64,000 bases of DNA from positions 3,232 to 67,231 of the forward strand of contig NZ_DASZAW010000043.1 in assembly GCF_035944845.1 (NCBI RefSeq), written 5' to 3'. Position numbers and translations under genes: made by a program. Below the pieces are notes generated by a model. The model was given only the letters and a program-made list of their open reading frames with translations, searched no databases and had not been told where the DNA came from. This DNA comes from Devosia sp. Its GTDB lineage: Bacteria; Pseudomonadota; Alphaproteobacteria; Rhizobiales; Devosiaceae. Each line of letters begins with the position of its first letter. The first letter of the stretch is position 1. Positions 35,508 to 45,079 of the stretch are shown piece after piece.

Positions 35508-37504
35508 TTCACCTCATCGACGGCCCGCATGCGGAAGTTGAGATGCGCCGGCACCGGATGCTGCTTGAGCCGCTCGGCCAGCTCTGTTGGCGTAGGGGCG
35601 CGTTTCAGCGCCTGCTGCAGACGGCCCCGCTGCAACCCGACCCAGAGTTCGTCGAGGAGGGTCTCACCTTCGCGCACCGTCGCGAAATGGCGGTCCAGCA
35701 GGCGTTCGAGCAGGTCGAAATCGCCTTCCGACGCCGCCACCATGGCGCGGCCCAGGTGCACGCGCTCGTCGGTGAGCGCCGAGGCTGGAAGGCCCGATGC
35801 AAAGGCGCGCAGCCGCTCGAGCCGGCCGTGCTTGACCAGGAGGCTGACGATCTCGGCGGCAAGCGCCGGCGGCGCGTCACCACTGGCCCAGGCAGCGAGA
35901 TAGTCACGGTCGGCGGCATCGGGGTCGTTGGTGACCAGCGCTCGCTGGCGGCGGCCGAGCCAGGTGGGCTTGAGCGCGATGGAGCGTTCGAACAGGGTGC
36001 GCGCCGCGTCGCGATCGCCGTTGTCGAGCGTCGCGATGCCGAGCAGCAGGGCGTGCAACCAGGTCTCGCCCTGCTTGTCGCGGCTCTTTTCTAGCGCCGC
36101 CACCCAGACGGGCGAGACGGCGAAATCGGCGGGCACGCGCTTGAGGCTCGCGTCCGAGAAACGGCCGGTGGTTGCCAGCTCATCCCAGCAATCGGTGGGG
36201 TGCGGCACGGCGAAATCGAGACCCTGGGCGAGCGGCTTGCCGGTGAGCTTTTCCTGGCGGCTGCCCCAGGGCGAGCCATCGGTGAGCCGCTTGCTCACTG
36301 GCCGGCGCGACACCTCGGTGAGGAAAGCATCGACATCGGTGAGCTCGGTGGCGGGGAAGCGGGCGTCGATCGCCACGGCCGCGGCGCCGACGGCGCGCTG
36401 GTAGTCGGCGGCGTGCACCTCGGTGGGGTCGACGCGGAGCGCGCCATAGACCTCAGTCCAGTGCACTTCGCTGTTGGGTGCGAGCTCGAAGCGCTGGTTT
36501 TGCGTCGGGGCGATACCACTCTGGATTTCGATGTAGTCGCCCTCGCCGGGACGGGCGAGGTAATCCATCCACTGCTGGCCGCCGGTACCGGTGCCGAAAT
36601 AGAAGAACTTTCGGCCCTTGAGCGCCGCGGTCGCGGTCTGCGCGAGGCCGACGCCGTCGGCATCGAGCCCGGCGATGAACAGTCGCTCCGCATCGGGCTT
36701 CCTGAAGAACACCGAGGTCGAGTCGCGCCAATTATCCGGATAAGAGCCGTCGAAACGCTCGAGATCGGGGAAGGGAAAACGCGCCAGCTCGTTATTGGGT
36801 AGCACGTGCTCGATCGAGTAATCGGCGGGAGCTAGGACGCGCATGCCCTTCGACATCGGCGCCGCGACATTGGTCCACCAGTAGGCGAGCTTCACTGCAT
36901 CGGTGCTGTTGACGATGCGGCCATGCACATAGAGCCGGTCGTCGTCATCGGGCAGAAACAGGTCGATCTGCCAGGTGGCTTCGACGATGCGGTCGAACTC
37001 ATAGATGCGCAGCACCGAGCCGCGTTCGGTCTCGACTATGCCGGCAAACACCTGGGCGGTGGTGAAGGGGGTGTGGCCGGGGATCAGGCCGTTCCACTCG
37101 ATGCCGCCGGAGAACCAGGCGTTGAGCGCGGCGAGGTTGGCCGGCTGGAACACCGGATTGGTGAACACCAGGTCGCGGCCGAGCTTCAGATCGCGCAGTT
37201 CCATCAGGCGGCCGCCATATTGCGGCGCCACGGAGACGCGCAGCCGCCCGTTCTCCAGCGTCACCAGTTCCATCTCGCCCGGCTCCTGCGAGCGATCGTA
37301 ATCGTCGTAGACCCGGTAGGGCAGGATCGAATCCTTGCCCCAGTTGAAGCCGTGGGCGTTTTCCTCGTCGGTGAGGCCGCGGTTGGGCGGGGTGTTCTTG
37401 TCGATCGTCGGCTGCTGCCAGCGGAAGCGGGGCAGGGTGCTGGGGCCGCCCAGGTTCGACATCGGCAGTCGGCGCGACGTTCTGGTGATGGTGGTCTTGG
37501 TCAT
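35504..37504 (-). CDS. DUF5107 domain protein with a C-terminal TPR-like helical region
   Basis: Mutarotase-like N-region (PYRVYDDYDR..., LENGRLRVSVAPQYGGRLMEL, WFSGGIEWN) and a helical C-terminus. The ATG at 37504 is preceded by GGGGAGG. Confidence 0.7.
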   Translation of the reverse strand: MTKTTITRTSRRLPMSNLGGPSTLPRFRWQQPTIDKNTPPNRGLTDEENAHGFNWGKDSILPYRVYDDYDRSQEPGEMELVTLENGRLRVSVAPQYGGRLMELRDLKLGRDLVFTNPVFQPANLAALNAWFSGGIEWNGLIPGHTPFTTAQVFAGIVETERGSVLRIYEFDRIVEATWQIDLFLPDDDDRLYVHGRIVNSTDAVKLAYWWTNVAAPMSKGMRVLAPADYSIEHVLPNNELARFPFPDLERFDGSYPDNWRDSTSVFFRKPDAERLFIAGLDADGVGLAQTATAALKGRKFFYFGTGTGGQQWMDYLARPGEGDYIEIQSGIAPTQNQRFELAPNSEVHWTEVYGALRVDPTEVHAADYQRAVGAAAVAIDARFPATELTDVDAFLTEVSRRPVSKRLTDGSPWGSRQEKLTGKPLAQGLDFAVPHPTDCWDELATTGRFSDASLKRVPADFAVSPVWVAALEKSRDKQGETWLHALLLGIATLDNGDRDAARTLFERSIALKPTWLGRRQRALVTNDPDAADRDYLAAWASGDAPPALAAEIVSLLVKHGRLERLRAFASGLPASALTDERVHLGRAMVAASEGDFDLLERLLDRHFATVREGETLLDELWVGLQRGRLQQALKRAPTPTELAERLKQHPVPAHLNFRMRAVDEVK

Positions 37505-37549
37505 TGGCGCCTCCCCGGTCGTACAAGCGCGGCGAAAGTACACGGTGTT

Positions 37550-37584
37550 TGTAGTTTTGCAACATAGATGTTTGTGAAACTACA
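37550..37584. promoter_or_regulatory. Inverted repeat TGTAGTTT-N19-AAACTACA in the AT-rich leader of the DUF5107 operon
   Basis: Read directly. Also a TGTTTGT direct repeat at 37546 and 37569. Lies 46-80 nt upstream of the ATG at 37504 (minus strand). Confidence 0.4.
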
Positions 37585-37617
37585 TTGTTGTTAAGGTGCT
37601 GGAGTTGGGCACGTCTT

Positions 37618-37772
37618 GCCTTCTCCCCTTGTGGGAGAAGGTGGCCGAAGGCCGGATGAGGGGTGCGCGCAACGAAGTGTAGCGCGACCGGAGCGTAGCG
37701 ACGGGCGACAAGGTACGCGGAGAGAACCCCTCATCCGCCCTTTGGGCACCTTCTCCCACAAGGGGAGAAGGC
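37618..37772. repeat. Palindromic element F (GCCTTCTCCCCTTGTGGGAGAAGG...GGATGAGGGGT / ACCCCTCATCC...CCTTCTCCCACAAGGGGAGAAGGC)
   Basis: Read directly. Lies in the divergent region between the DUF5107 operon and the molybdoenzyme operon. A single arm recurs at 23893-23940. Confidence 0.85.
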
Positions 37773-37860
37773 ACTCCGTCTGCCGCTGGTGCTCGTCACG
37801 GCACTGGCTTTTTCCCAAAACCGCACTACGCTTGCTCCTGCTTTCTCGAGGGGGAAATCC

Positions 37861-38385
37861 ATGACCGCCACGCCCCGGCTGCCGGTGACGCTCAGCGTCA
37901 ACGGCGAAACCCATGTGCTTACGCTCGATCCACGGGTGACGCTGCTCGACGCGCTGCGCGAGCATTTGCTGCTCACCGGCACCAAGAAGGGCTGCGACCA
38001 GGGGCAGTGTGGGGCCTGCACGGTGCTGGTGAACGGCCGACGCATCAACAGCTGCCTCAGCCTCGCGGTGATGCACGAAGGCGACGAGATCTCGACCATT
38101 GAAGGGCTGGGGACGCCCGAGGCATTGCACCCGATGCAGGCGGCGTTCGTTACGCATGACGGCTTCCAGTGCGGCTATTGCACGCCGGGGCAGATCCTTT
38201 CGTCGCTGGCGGTGATCGAAGAGATCCGGGCCGGGGTGCCGAGCCACGTGACCGACGATCTCGAGGCGCCGATCCCGCTGAGCGACCAGGAAATCCGCGA
38301 ACGGATGAGCGGCAATCTCTGCCGCTGCGCCGCCTATCCCAACATCATGGCGGCGATCCGCGATTATCTGGGAGAGGGTGCATGA
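37861..38385 (+). CDS. Xanthine dehydrogenase-family molybdoenzyme, [2Fe-2S] small subunit (PaoA/CoxS-like, no Tat signal)
   Basis: Cys motifs [11 protein letters not shown] and CGYCTPG ... CRC. The ATG at 37861 is preceded by GAGGGGGA. There is no twin-arginine leader. Confidence 0.92.
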   Translation: MTATPRLPVTLSVNGETHVLTLDPRVTLLDALREHLLLTGTKKGCDQGQCGACTVLVNGRRINSCLSLAVMHEGDEISTIEGLGTPEALHPMQAAFVTHDGFQCGYCTPGQILSSLAVIEEIRAGVPSHVTDDLEAPIPLSDQEIRERMSGNLCRCAAYPNIMAAIRDYLGEGA

Positions 38386-39335
38386 AGCCGTTCAGCTATG
38401 AGCGGGCGGCGAGCCCGGCCGAGGCAGTGGAAGCCGCGGTGGCGCGGCCGGGGGCGCGGTTCATTGCCGGCGGCACCAACCTGCTCGACCTGATGAAGCT
38501 CGGCATCGAGGCGCCGCAGCACCTGATCGACGTCAATCGGCTATGGCTCGATACGATCGAGCCGACGGCGGAGGGCGGCTTGCGGATCGGGGCGCTGGTG
38601 CGCAACGCCGACCTTGCGGCGGACCGGCGGGTGCGGCGCGATTATGCAGTGCTGGCGCGGGCGCTGGTGTCGGGCGCCTCGGGGCAGTTGCGCAACAAGG
38701 CGACGACGGCGGGCAACCTGATGCAGCGCACCCGGTGCCCCTATTTCTACAATACCGATATGCCCTGCAATAAGCGGCGGCCCGGCTCGGGCTGCGCCGC
38801 CATCGGTGGTTTAACGCACAACCTCGCAGTGCTCGGGGTGAGCGATGCCTGTATCGCCACCCACCCCTCCGACATGTGCGTGGCGCTCCGGGCGCTCGAT
38901 GCGAGCGTCGAGACGGTCGGCGTGGGCGGACGGACGCGCTCGATCCCGATCGCCGACTTCCACCGGCTGCCGGGGGATCGGCCCGATATCGAGACGGCGC
39001 TCGAGCCGGGTGAACTGATCACCGCGGTGACGCTGCCCGCACCGCTTGGCGGGGTGCAGCTCTACCGCAAGGTGCGGGAGCGCGCCTCCTATGCGTTTGC
39101 CAATGTCACGGTGGCGCTGGTGGCGCGTGAGGGGCAGATGGTGCGGCTGGCCTTTGGCGGGCTGGCGGCAAAACCCTGGCGGGTCGAGGTGGCGGAGGGA
39201 GGAGCCGACCCCGATCTCGCTGCGGACCTGGCGCTGGCAGGGGCGACGCCCACCGAAGACAATGCCTACAAGCTGCCCTTGGCGCGACGGACGCTCAAGG
39301 CGACGCTGGCGCAGGCGACCGAGGTCCGGTCATGA
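38382..39335 (+). CDS. Molybdoenzyme FAD-binding subunit (PaoB/CoxM-like) with a 4-Cys putative [4Fe-4S] insert
   Basis: FAD_binding_5 start [13 protein letters not shown]. Cys cluster [23 protein letters not shown]...[14 protein letters not shown] overlap with the small-subunit gene. Confidence 0.9.
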   Translation: MKPFSYERAASPAEAVEAAVARPGARFIAGGTNLLDLMKLGIEAPQHLIDVNRLWLDTIEPTAEGGLRIGALVRNADLAADRRVRRDYAVLARALVSGASGQLRNKATTAGNLMQRTRCPYFYNTDMPCNKRRPGSGCAAIGGLTHNLAVLGVSDACIATHPSDMCVALRALDASVETVGVGGRTRSIPIADFHRLPGDRPDIETALEPGELITAVTLPAPLGGVQLYRKVRERASYAFANVTVALVAREGQMVRLAFGGLAAKPWRVEVAEGGADPDLAADLALAGATPTEDNAYKLPLARRTLKATLAQATEVRS

Positions 39336-41470
39336 TCGGGCAAGGAGTTATTGGCCAAGCGATCAGCCGCACCGATGGGCCGATCAAGGTCACCGGGCGG
39401 GCGGCCTATTCGGCCGAACGGCAGGATGCCGGGCCGACATTGCATGGCTACATCCTCGGCGCCGGCATCGGCAAAGGCCGGGTGGCGCGGATCGATATTG
39501 CGGCGGCCGAGGCGGCGCCAGGGGTGCGGCTGGTGTGGACGCATGAGAATGCGCCCGAGCAGGGGCCTGCCGAGGGTATTGAAGGCGACATGATGGACCG
39601 GACGCGGCCGGAACTCGCCAGCGACCGGATCAACTACTACGGCATGCCGATCGCCTTCGTGGTGGCCGAGAGTTTTGAGGAGGCGCGCGCCGCCGCCGGG
39701 CTGATCACAGTTGAATACGAAGTTGAGGCCGGAGCGTTTGCGCTTGATGGGTTCGGGCCGAACCTCAACTGGCGGCGGCCGTCGCAGGCGGGCGATATCG
39801 ACAAGGCGATGCGCGAAGGGCCGGTGACGGTCGAACAGACCTACAGCACGCCCTACCATTTCTCGCAGCCGATGGAGCTGCATGCCTGCATCGCCGACTG
39901 GCGCGACGGGCACCTTCATCTCTATCTCACCGCGCAGATGGTGAACCAGCTGACCACCGGGCTCGGCAAGACCTTGCGGCTCGACCCCAGCGCCATCAGC
40001 ATCGACAGCGCCTATGTCGGCGGCGGTTTCGGCTCGAAGATCGTGCTGCATTGCGAGGCGGTGCTGGCTTCGCTCGCGACCATGGCGCTGGGCCAGCCGG
40101 TGAAGCTGATGCTGACCCGGCGGCAGATCTTTACGCTGGTCGGGCACCGGCCGGCTTCGATCAGCCGGGTGCGGCTTGCAGCGACGCCGGATGGGCGGCT
40201 CACGGCGCTCGGCCATGATGCACTGATCCAGGTGCGCACCGACGATGCCTGGGACGAAGGCGTGTCGTCGGTGGGCAAGGCCCTTTATGCCTCACCCAAC
40301 CGGCTGACCCGGCAGGCGCACCAGGCCCTCGACGTGCAGCCGGGTGAGCCGGTGCGCGGGCCCGGCGAGTTGCCAGGGCTGATGGTGCTCGAATCGGCGA
40401 TGGACGAGCTGGCCGAAAAGCTCGGCATCGATCCGGTCGAACTGCGACTCAGGAACGACACCCAGATCGACCCCGACAAGCGGTTGCCGCTGAGCGGCCG
40501 TCGACTGGCCGATTGCCTCCGCGAAGGGGCCGAGCAGTTCGGCTGGTGCGACCGCCCGACCATACCGGCGAGCCGTCGCGACGGGCGCTGGCTGGTCGGC
40601 TATGGCGTCGCCTCGTCGATGCGCGGGCATTACCAGACTTCGGCCGAGGTGCTGGTGCGGATCGAGCCCGACGGTCTTGTGATCGTCCGCTCCGACATGA
40701 CCGATATCGGCACCGGCACCCACACCATCGTGGCGCAGGTGGTGGCGGAGGCGCTGGGCGTGCCGATGAGCCAGATCAAGGTGGAGCTGGCGCATACCAA
40801 GCACCCCAAGGGCAATGGCGCCGGCGGCTCGTGGGGCGCGGCCAACACCACCGTCGCCGCCGACCGGGCCTGCGCAGCGCTGCGCCAGCGGATCGCGGCG
40901 GTGGCAGGGACGAGCTACAACGACATTTTCGCCGAGGTGCGCCGGCATTTCCCCGATGGGCTGGAAGAGAGAGGCAGGACGCTCGATAACAAGGACGATC
41001 CGAACTACCAGACGCACGCGCAATACACCTATGGCGCGTCGTTCGCCGAGGTCGGAGTGGATATCGATACCGGCGAAGTGCGGCTCAGGCGGATGCTCGG
41101 GGTGTTCGCGGCTGGCCGCATCCTCAACGCCAAGACAGCGCGCTCGCAGCTGATCGGCGGCATGATCTGGGGGGTAAGCGCCGCGCTGCAGGAAGCCGGC
41201 GCGCTCGACCCGCGCCACGGCCATTGGGTCAACGGCGATTTCGCCGAATACCTGATCCCGACCCATGCCGACATCCCCGCGATCGACGCCATCATGCTTG
41301 AGGATTTCGACGACAAGGCCAACCATTTGGGGGTGAAAGGCATCGGCGAACTGGGCGCCGGCGGCACCGGCGGCTCGGTGGCCAACGCGGTGTACAACGC
41401 GACGGGGGTGCGGGTACGGGACTTTCCGATCACGCTGGCGAAGCTGTTGCCGGGGTTGCCGGGGCGGTGA
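39332..41470 (+). CDS. Molybdopterin-binding large subunit (PaoC / aldehyde oxidase-xanthine dehydrogenase family)
   Basis: 712 aa. [16 protein letters not shown], and the C-terminal GIGELG active-site region. ATGA overlap with the FAD-subunit gene. Confidence 0.92.
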   Translation: MIGQGVIGQAISRTDGPIKVTGRAAYSAERQDAGPTLHGYILGAGIGKGRVARIDIAAAEAAPGVRLVWTHENAPEQGPAEGIEGDMMDRTRPELASDRINYYGMPIAFVVAESFEEARAAAGLITVEYEVEAGAFALDGFGPNLNWRRPSQAGDIDKAMREGPVTVEQTYSTPYHFSQPMELHACIADWRDGHLHLYLTAQMVNQLTTGLGKTLRLDPSAISIDSAYVGGGFGSKIVLHCEAVLASLATMALGQPVKLMLTRRQIFTLVGHRPASISRVRLAATPDGRLTALGHDALIQVRTDDAWDEGVSSVGKALYASPNRLTRQAHQALDVQPGEPVRGPGELPGLMVLESAMDELAEKLGIDPVELRLRNDTQIDPDKRLPLSGRRLADCLREGAEQFGWCDRPTIPASRRDGRWLVGYGVASSMRGHYQTSAEVLVRIEPDGLVIVRSDMTDIGTGTHTIVAQVVAEALGVPMSQIKVELAHTKHPKGNGAGGSWGAANTTVAADRACAALRQRIAAVAGTSYNDIFAEVRRHFPDGLEERGRTLDNKDDPNYQTHAQYTYGASFAEVGVDIDTGEVRLRRMLGVFAAGRILNAKTARSQLIGGMIWGVSAALQEAGALDPRHGHWVNGDFAEYLIPTHADIPAIDAIMLEDFDDKANHLGVKGIGELGAGGTGGSVANAVYNATGVRVRDFPITLAKLLPGLPGR

Positions 41471-41486
41471 TGGTGCAGTCGGGAGT

Positions 41487-41664
41487 CCCTCTCCCGCAAG
41501 CGGGAGAGGGTGCGCCGACTGCGAGGCCCGCTGCACTACCCACTCCCCTAAGGGCGAGGGGACGCGTGTTGCACCGCCGGTGAGCCCATCGCCCCCTCGC
41601 CCCTCTGGGGAGAGGGCGGCGGTGAGACCGAAGGGCTCACCGCGGGGTGAGGGGCCAAGCACAC
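41487..41664. repeat. Family D element, copy D1 (GCCCCTCACCCC / CCCTCTCCCC...GAGGGGCGAGGGG modules)
   Basis: Read directly. Sits between convergent genes (41470 / 41671). Its right half is the reverse complement of the left half of D3. Confidence 0.85.
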
Positions 41665-41670
41665 AAATCC

Positions 41671-42240
41671 CTATGCTTGATCGAAATCCCCGCGTGTGTC
41701 GAAGTCTCGTGCCAGAACCTGCGGCGCTTCAACGAGTCTTGCATTGGCGAGCAGGTGTCTAGCGCCGTGGTCACCGGAAATTACCATGAGCTCGGGGAAC
41801 AGCCGCCGTGCAAACACTGCCGGTGGCCCACGCGAATTGTCGAATCCGGTCGCTACGACATCGCTGGTCGCCAACGCGGCGATCAGTTCCGTCAGGTGCT
41901 CCGTTGTAACGTTCGGCATGTCGGCGAGGCAGACCAGCAGCATCTCGGCGCCGAGTTCGATGGCACGTTGCGCGCCGAGCGCCAGGGAGGCGCCCATGCC
42001 CTGTTGCGGGTCCGGGTTTTCGACCAGTTCGAAGCCGCGTTCGGCGAAGACGTCTCCGCGCGCCGACGGAGCCGGCGGCACGATGGCAATGCGGTGCGCC
42101 AGCGGCATGCCCACCAGCGTGTCGGCGATATGGGCGGCCAGCGGCTTGCCGGCATGGGGATAAAGCAGCTTGTCGCCGCCGAAGCGGGTCGAGAGGCCGG
42201 CCGCGAGGACCACCGCGGCAATCGGCTCAGGCACGGTCAA
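41671..42240 (-). CDS. MobA-like NTP transferase, molybdenum cofactor cytidylyltransferase (MocA)-like
   Basis: AAVVLAAGLSTRFGGDKLL N-terminal motif. 189 aa. Overlaps the XdhC gene end by 14 nt. Confidence 0.85.
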   Translation of the reverse strand: MTVPEPIAAVVLAAGLSTRFGGDKLLYPHAGKPLAAHIADTLVGMPLAHRIAIVPPAPSARGDVFAERGFELVENPDPQQGMGASLALGAQRAIELGAEMLLVCLADMPNVTTEHLTELIAALATSDVVATGFDNSRGPPAVFARRLFPELMVISGDHGARHLLANARLVEAPQVLARDFDTRGDFDQA

Positions 42241-43219
42241 GCTGGGCGCGGGTAGCTGAGATCTGGGCGAGCACCGAGAGCGCCAGCATGCCGGGGTCGC
42301 GGGCCCGGTCGATCAGCCCGATGGGGCCGCGAATGCGGTCGATGGCTTGTGGCGAGAGGCCCATGGCAGCCAGTCGGGCGCAGCGCAGGGTGTGGGTTTT
42401 GACGCTACCGAGCGCCCCGACATAAAAGCCATCAGCCGCGGCGGCGCGGGCAAGGATGGCATTTTCCCATTCGTGCTCGTGGAACAGCAGCACCGTCGCC
42501 GTCCACGGGTCGATCGGCAGCGCGAAGGCTTGCGTCGGGGTGGTGAGGATTTCGATCGGCACGTTGAGCGCGGCGAGGGCGTGGGCCGAGCTTTCGTCCG
42601 GGGTGGCGAGCCGCAGGTCGAACTCGGCGGCAGCGCCGACGCGGGCCATCACCTCGAATTCGGGGCCGCGACCGACCAGCAGCAACCGGGTGCGCGGCTG
42701 GTAGCGGCGGACGAACACGCCGTCGTGCCAGCCCGTGGGGGCCGGGCTGTCGGTGATCGTGGCCGTCGAGCGTGCCGGGTCGAAAGCGATGGCGAAGGCC
42801 TCGCGCCGCTCGAAGCGGGCGATGGCTTCGGCCAGCAGTCCGGCGCGCGGTTCGACGTGCAGCATCAGGTCGACGCCGCCGCCGCAGGGAAAGCGGATAT
42901 CGATGAAGCGCGAACCGCGACCGAAGCGGAAGGTCCGGTCCTCGCCGGCTGCGATCAGCGGCGCGAACTCGGCGGCAATGGCGGGCTCGACGCAGCCGCC
43001 CGAGACATGGCCGAGGTGCCGGCCATCCGCCAGCACCGCCATATGGGTGCCGAGCGCTTTGGGGGCGCCGCCATCGATGGCCGAAAGGGTGACGAGGGCG
43101 CCCGGGATGCCGAGCGCCTGGGCGCGCGCCAGGAAGACGAATGGCGCGAGTTCGCGATCCATCCCCGCAAAGGCTGCCGGCGCGAGATCGTCCTCGCCAT
43201 GCTCGGCTCTGGCCAGCAT
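42227..43219 (-). CDS. XdhC/CoxI (PaoD-like) molybdoenzyme maturation protein
   Basis: XdhC_CoxI N-domain (SGGCVE motif) plus a Rossmann-like C-domain (LLLVGRGPE). Confidence 0.88.
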   Translation of the reverse strand: MLARAEHGEDDLAPAAFAGMDRELAPFVFLARAQALGIPGALVTLSAIDGGAPKALGTHMAVLADGRHLGHVSGGCVEPAIAAEFAPLIAAGEDRTFRFGRGSRFIDIRFPCGGGVDLMLHVEPRAGLLAEAIARFERREAFAIAFDPARSTATITDSPAPTGWHDGVFVRRYQPRTRLLLVGRGPEFEVMARVGAAAEFDLRLATPDESSAHALAALNVPIEILTTPTQAFALPIDPWTATVLLFHEHEWENAILARAAAADGFYVGALGSVKTHTLRCARLAAMGLSPQAIDRIRGPIGLIDRARDPGMLALSVLAQISATRAQLDRA

Positions 43220-43273
43220 GCGCTCTCCTCCAAATGTTGGGTGGAGACTAGAGCTTTTCGCGGATGAACTGAA

Positions 43274-43375
43274 CCACCCTCGATGTCATCCCAGCGAAAG
43301 CTGGGACCCAACTATCCACCTGCGCGGGCTGAGAAATGGGTCCCAGCTTTCGTTGGGATGACAGCCGGTGGGTGG
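43274..43375. repeat. Family A element, copy A5
   Basis: Read directly. Sits between the XdhC start (43219) and the GntR stop (43425). Confidence 0.9.
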
Positions 43376-43424
43376 GCAAGGACCGAGCCCAACCACAATG
43401 GCGGTGCTGTGCAACTTTGAAGCG

Positions 43425-44225
43425 CTAAGCCGACACGGTCTCGCGGACCAGCGCCCGGCGCAGCAGGTCGGCGGCGGCCTCGCCATTGCCGGCAGTGAGC
43501 AGGGGGGCGAGACGGGCGAGCGCCACGAGGTCGACGTACACGACGAGGCGATCGAGGAAGGCGGCATCGTCGGTCAGGAGGCTGCCGACGCAGGCGGCGG
43601 TGAACGAGGTGAGGAACCGGTTGCCGCTGGCATTGGCGATCTCAAGCAGCAGCGCGGCGAGCCCGGTGCGCCTCGCCTCCGGGGTGCCGGCGCCGGCGAG
43701 GCTGCGCACCGCCTCGGCGATCCGGCCGGCATTGCGGCGGCCGGCGGCTTCGGCGGCCATGGCGGGCTGCGTGCTTGCGATCGCCCCCCAGAGCTCCTCG
43801 CTGACACGGGCCGAGCCGAGCTTCCGCGACCAGGCGATCACCTCGGGGTTCAGCATGTCCCAGCGGCTGCGGTCGAGCACCATTGTGCCGCGCTTGCGCC
43901 GGGTCTCGACGAGGCCCTTGGAGGCAAGGCCCTTGATGGCTTCGCGCAGCGCCGTACGGCTGACGCCGAGATCGGCGCTCAGCTGGTGCTCGTTGGGGAG
44001 GATGCTGCCTTCAGGAAAGTGGCCCGACGCAATGGCCTGGAAGATCTCGCGCGCCACGAGGCGATTGAGATCGTCCGGCTCGTGCTTGACGGTGTTCAGC
44101 CCGCCGGGCGAAGCGACGGCCGAGTGGCGCAGGGGGATCGGGTCCGGGCGGCGATAGACGGTCACGCGTGCGGTCTTTCCAACAGCATTTCGCCGGGTCG
44201 GCTCGCCATCGACACGCGAATCCAC
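43425..44225 (-). CDS. GntR family transcriptional regulator (FadR/FCD subfamily)
   Basis: HTH LPNEHQLSADLGVSRTALREAIKGLASKGLVETRRKRGTMV plus a helical FCD domain. GTG start at 44225; the N-terminus is uncertain. Confidence 0.88.
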   Translation of the reverse strand: MDSRVDGEPTRRNAVGKTARVTVYRRPDPIPLRHSAVASPGGLNTVKHEPDDLNRLVAREIFQAIASGHFPEGSILPNEHQLSADLGVSRTALREAIKGLASKGLVETRRKRGTMVLDRSRWDMLNPEVIAWSRKLGSARVSEELWGAIASTQPAMAAEAAGRRNAGRIAEAVRSLAGAGTPEARRTGLAALLLEIANASGNRFLTSFTAACVGSLLTDDAAFLDRLVVYVDLVALARLAPLLTAGNGEAAADLLRRALVRETVSA

Positions 44226-44243
44226 CCGGTTGTCATTCTCATT

Positions 44244-44260
44244 AGGTAGGATTTATACCT
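44244..44260. promoter_or_regulatory. Inverted repeat AGGTA-N7-TACCT in the divergent GntR / SGNH promoter region
   Basis: Read directly in a low-GC patch between 44225 and 44317. Confidence 0.3.
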
Positions 44261-44316
44261 CAGGCTGCATCGCCAAGGCAATGCCGGTGCGTCGCGACTC
44301 GAGGGAACCGCTTCAC

Positions 44317-44967
44317 ATGCCTACCATCGTCTGCTTCGGCGACTCCAATACCTGGGGCTGCCCGCCCTTTGCCAATATCGCCCAGACGCCGGACCGGATC
44401 GTGCCGGCGCGGCGCTGGGCCAATGTGCTGGGGCGCGAGCTCGGCCCGGATGCCTGGATCGTCGAGGAGGGGCTCAGCGGCCGCACCACGGTGTTCGACG
44501 ATCCGATCGAGGGCGTGCACAAGAACGGCTCGCGTACGCTGATCCCGATCCTCGAATCGCATGCGCCGATGGACGTTTTGATCGTCATGCTGGGGACCAA
44601 CGACTTCAAGGACCAGCTGTCGATCACCGCCTACAACTCGGCGCGCGGCACGCTGACGCTGATCCAGATGATCAAGGGACACTTCGCCATGGTGGACCAC
44701 CCGCCGGAGGTGCTGGTGGTGACGCCGCCGGCGATCACCGAAGATGCCGAGCCGGCGATGTGGGGTGTCGGCCATCAGCGTTGCCGCGACCACGCGCACT
44801 ATCTCGAGCAGGTGGCGCATCGCACCGGGTGCTTTCATTTCGACGCCAACAAGGTGGTGCGGGCCGGGATCGACGGCATTCACATGGATGAAGCGGCCCA
44901 CGAAGTGCTCGGCAAATCGCTGGCGGGCGAGGTCCGGGCCATTCTCAAGATGCGAAACCTGCGGTGA
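44317..44967 (+). CDS. SGNH/GDSL-family hydrolase (esterase/deacetylase-like)
   Basis: Block I VCFGDSNTWG, block II GLSGRTT, block III GTNDF, block V DGIHMD. I chose the ATG at 44317. Confidence 0.88.
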   Translation: MPTIVCFGDSNTWGCPPFANIAQTPDRIVPARRWANVLGRELGPDAWIVEEGLSGRTTVFDDPIEGVHKNGSRTLIPILESHAPMDVLIVMLGTNDFKDQLSITAYNSARGTLTLIQMIKGHFAMVDHPPEVLVVTPPAITEDAEPAMWGVGHQRCRDHAHYLEQVAHRTGCFHFDANKVVRAGIDGIHMDEAAHEVLGKSLAGEVRAILKMRNLR

Positions 44968-45079
44968 GTGCTTTACATCATACATAATACATAATAGTCG
45001 TGATGACGAAGGCGCAGTGAGCGCCTCGCGGCAGGCGTGCGTCGGGAGGATGCGGGCCGTTGCCATTGGGGAGGACATA

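Noticed and set aside
37789-37860. Possible Tat leader for the [2Fe-2S] subunit in the longer ORF starting at 37789
   Set aside because: The extension (MLVTALAFSQNRTTLAPAFSRGKS) has no twin-arginine motif and overlaps repeat F. The ATG at 37861 has a good SD.
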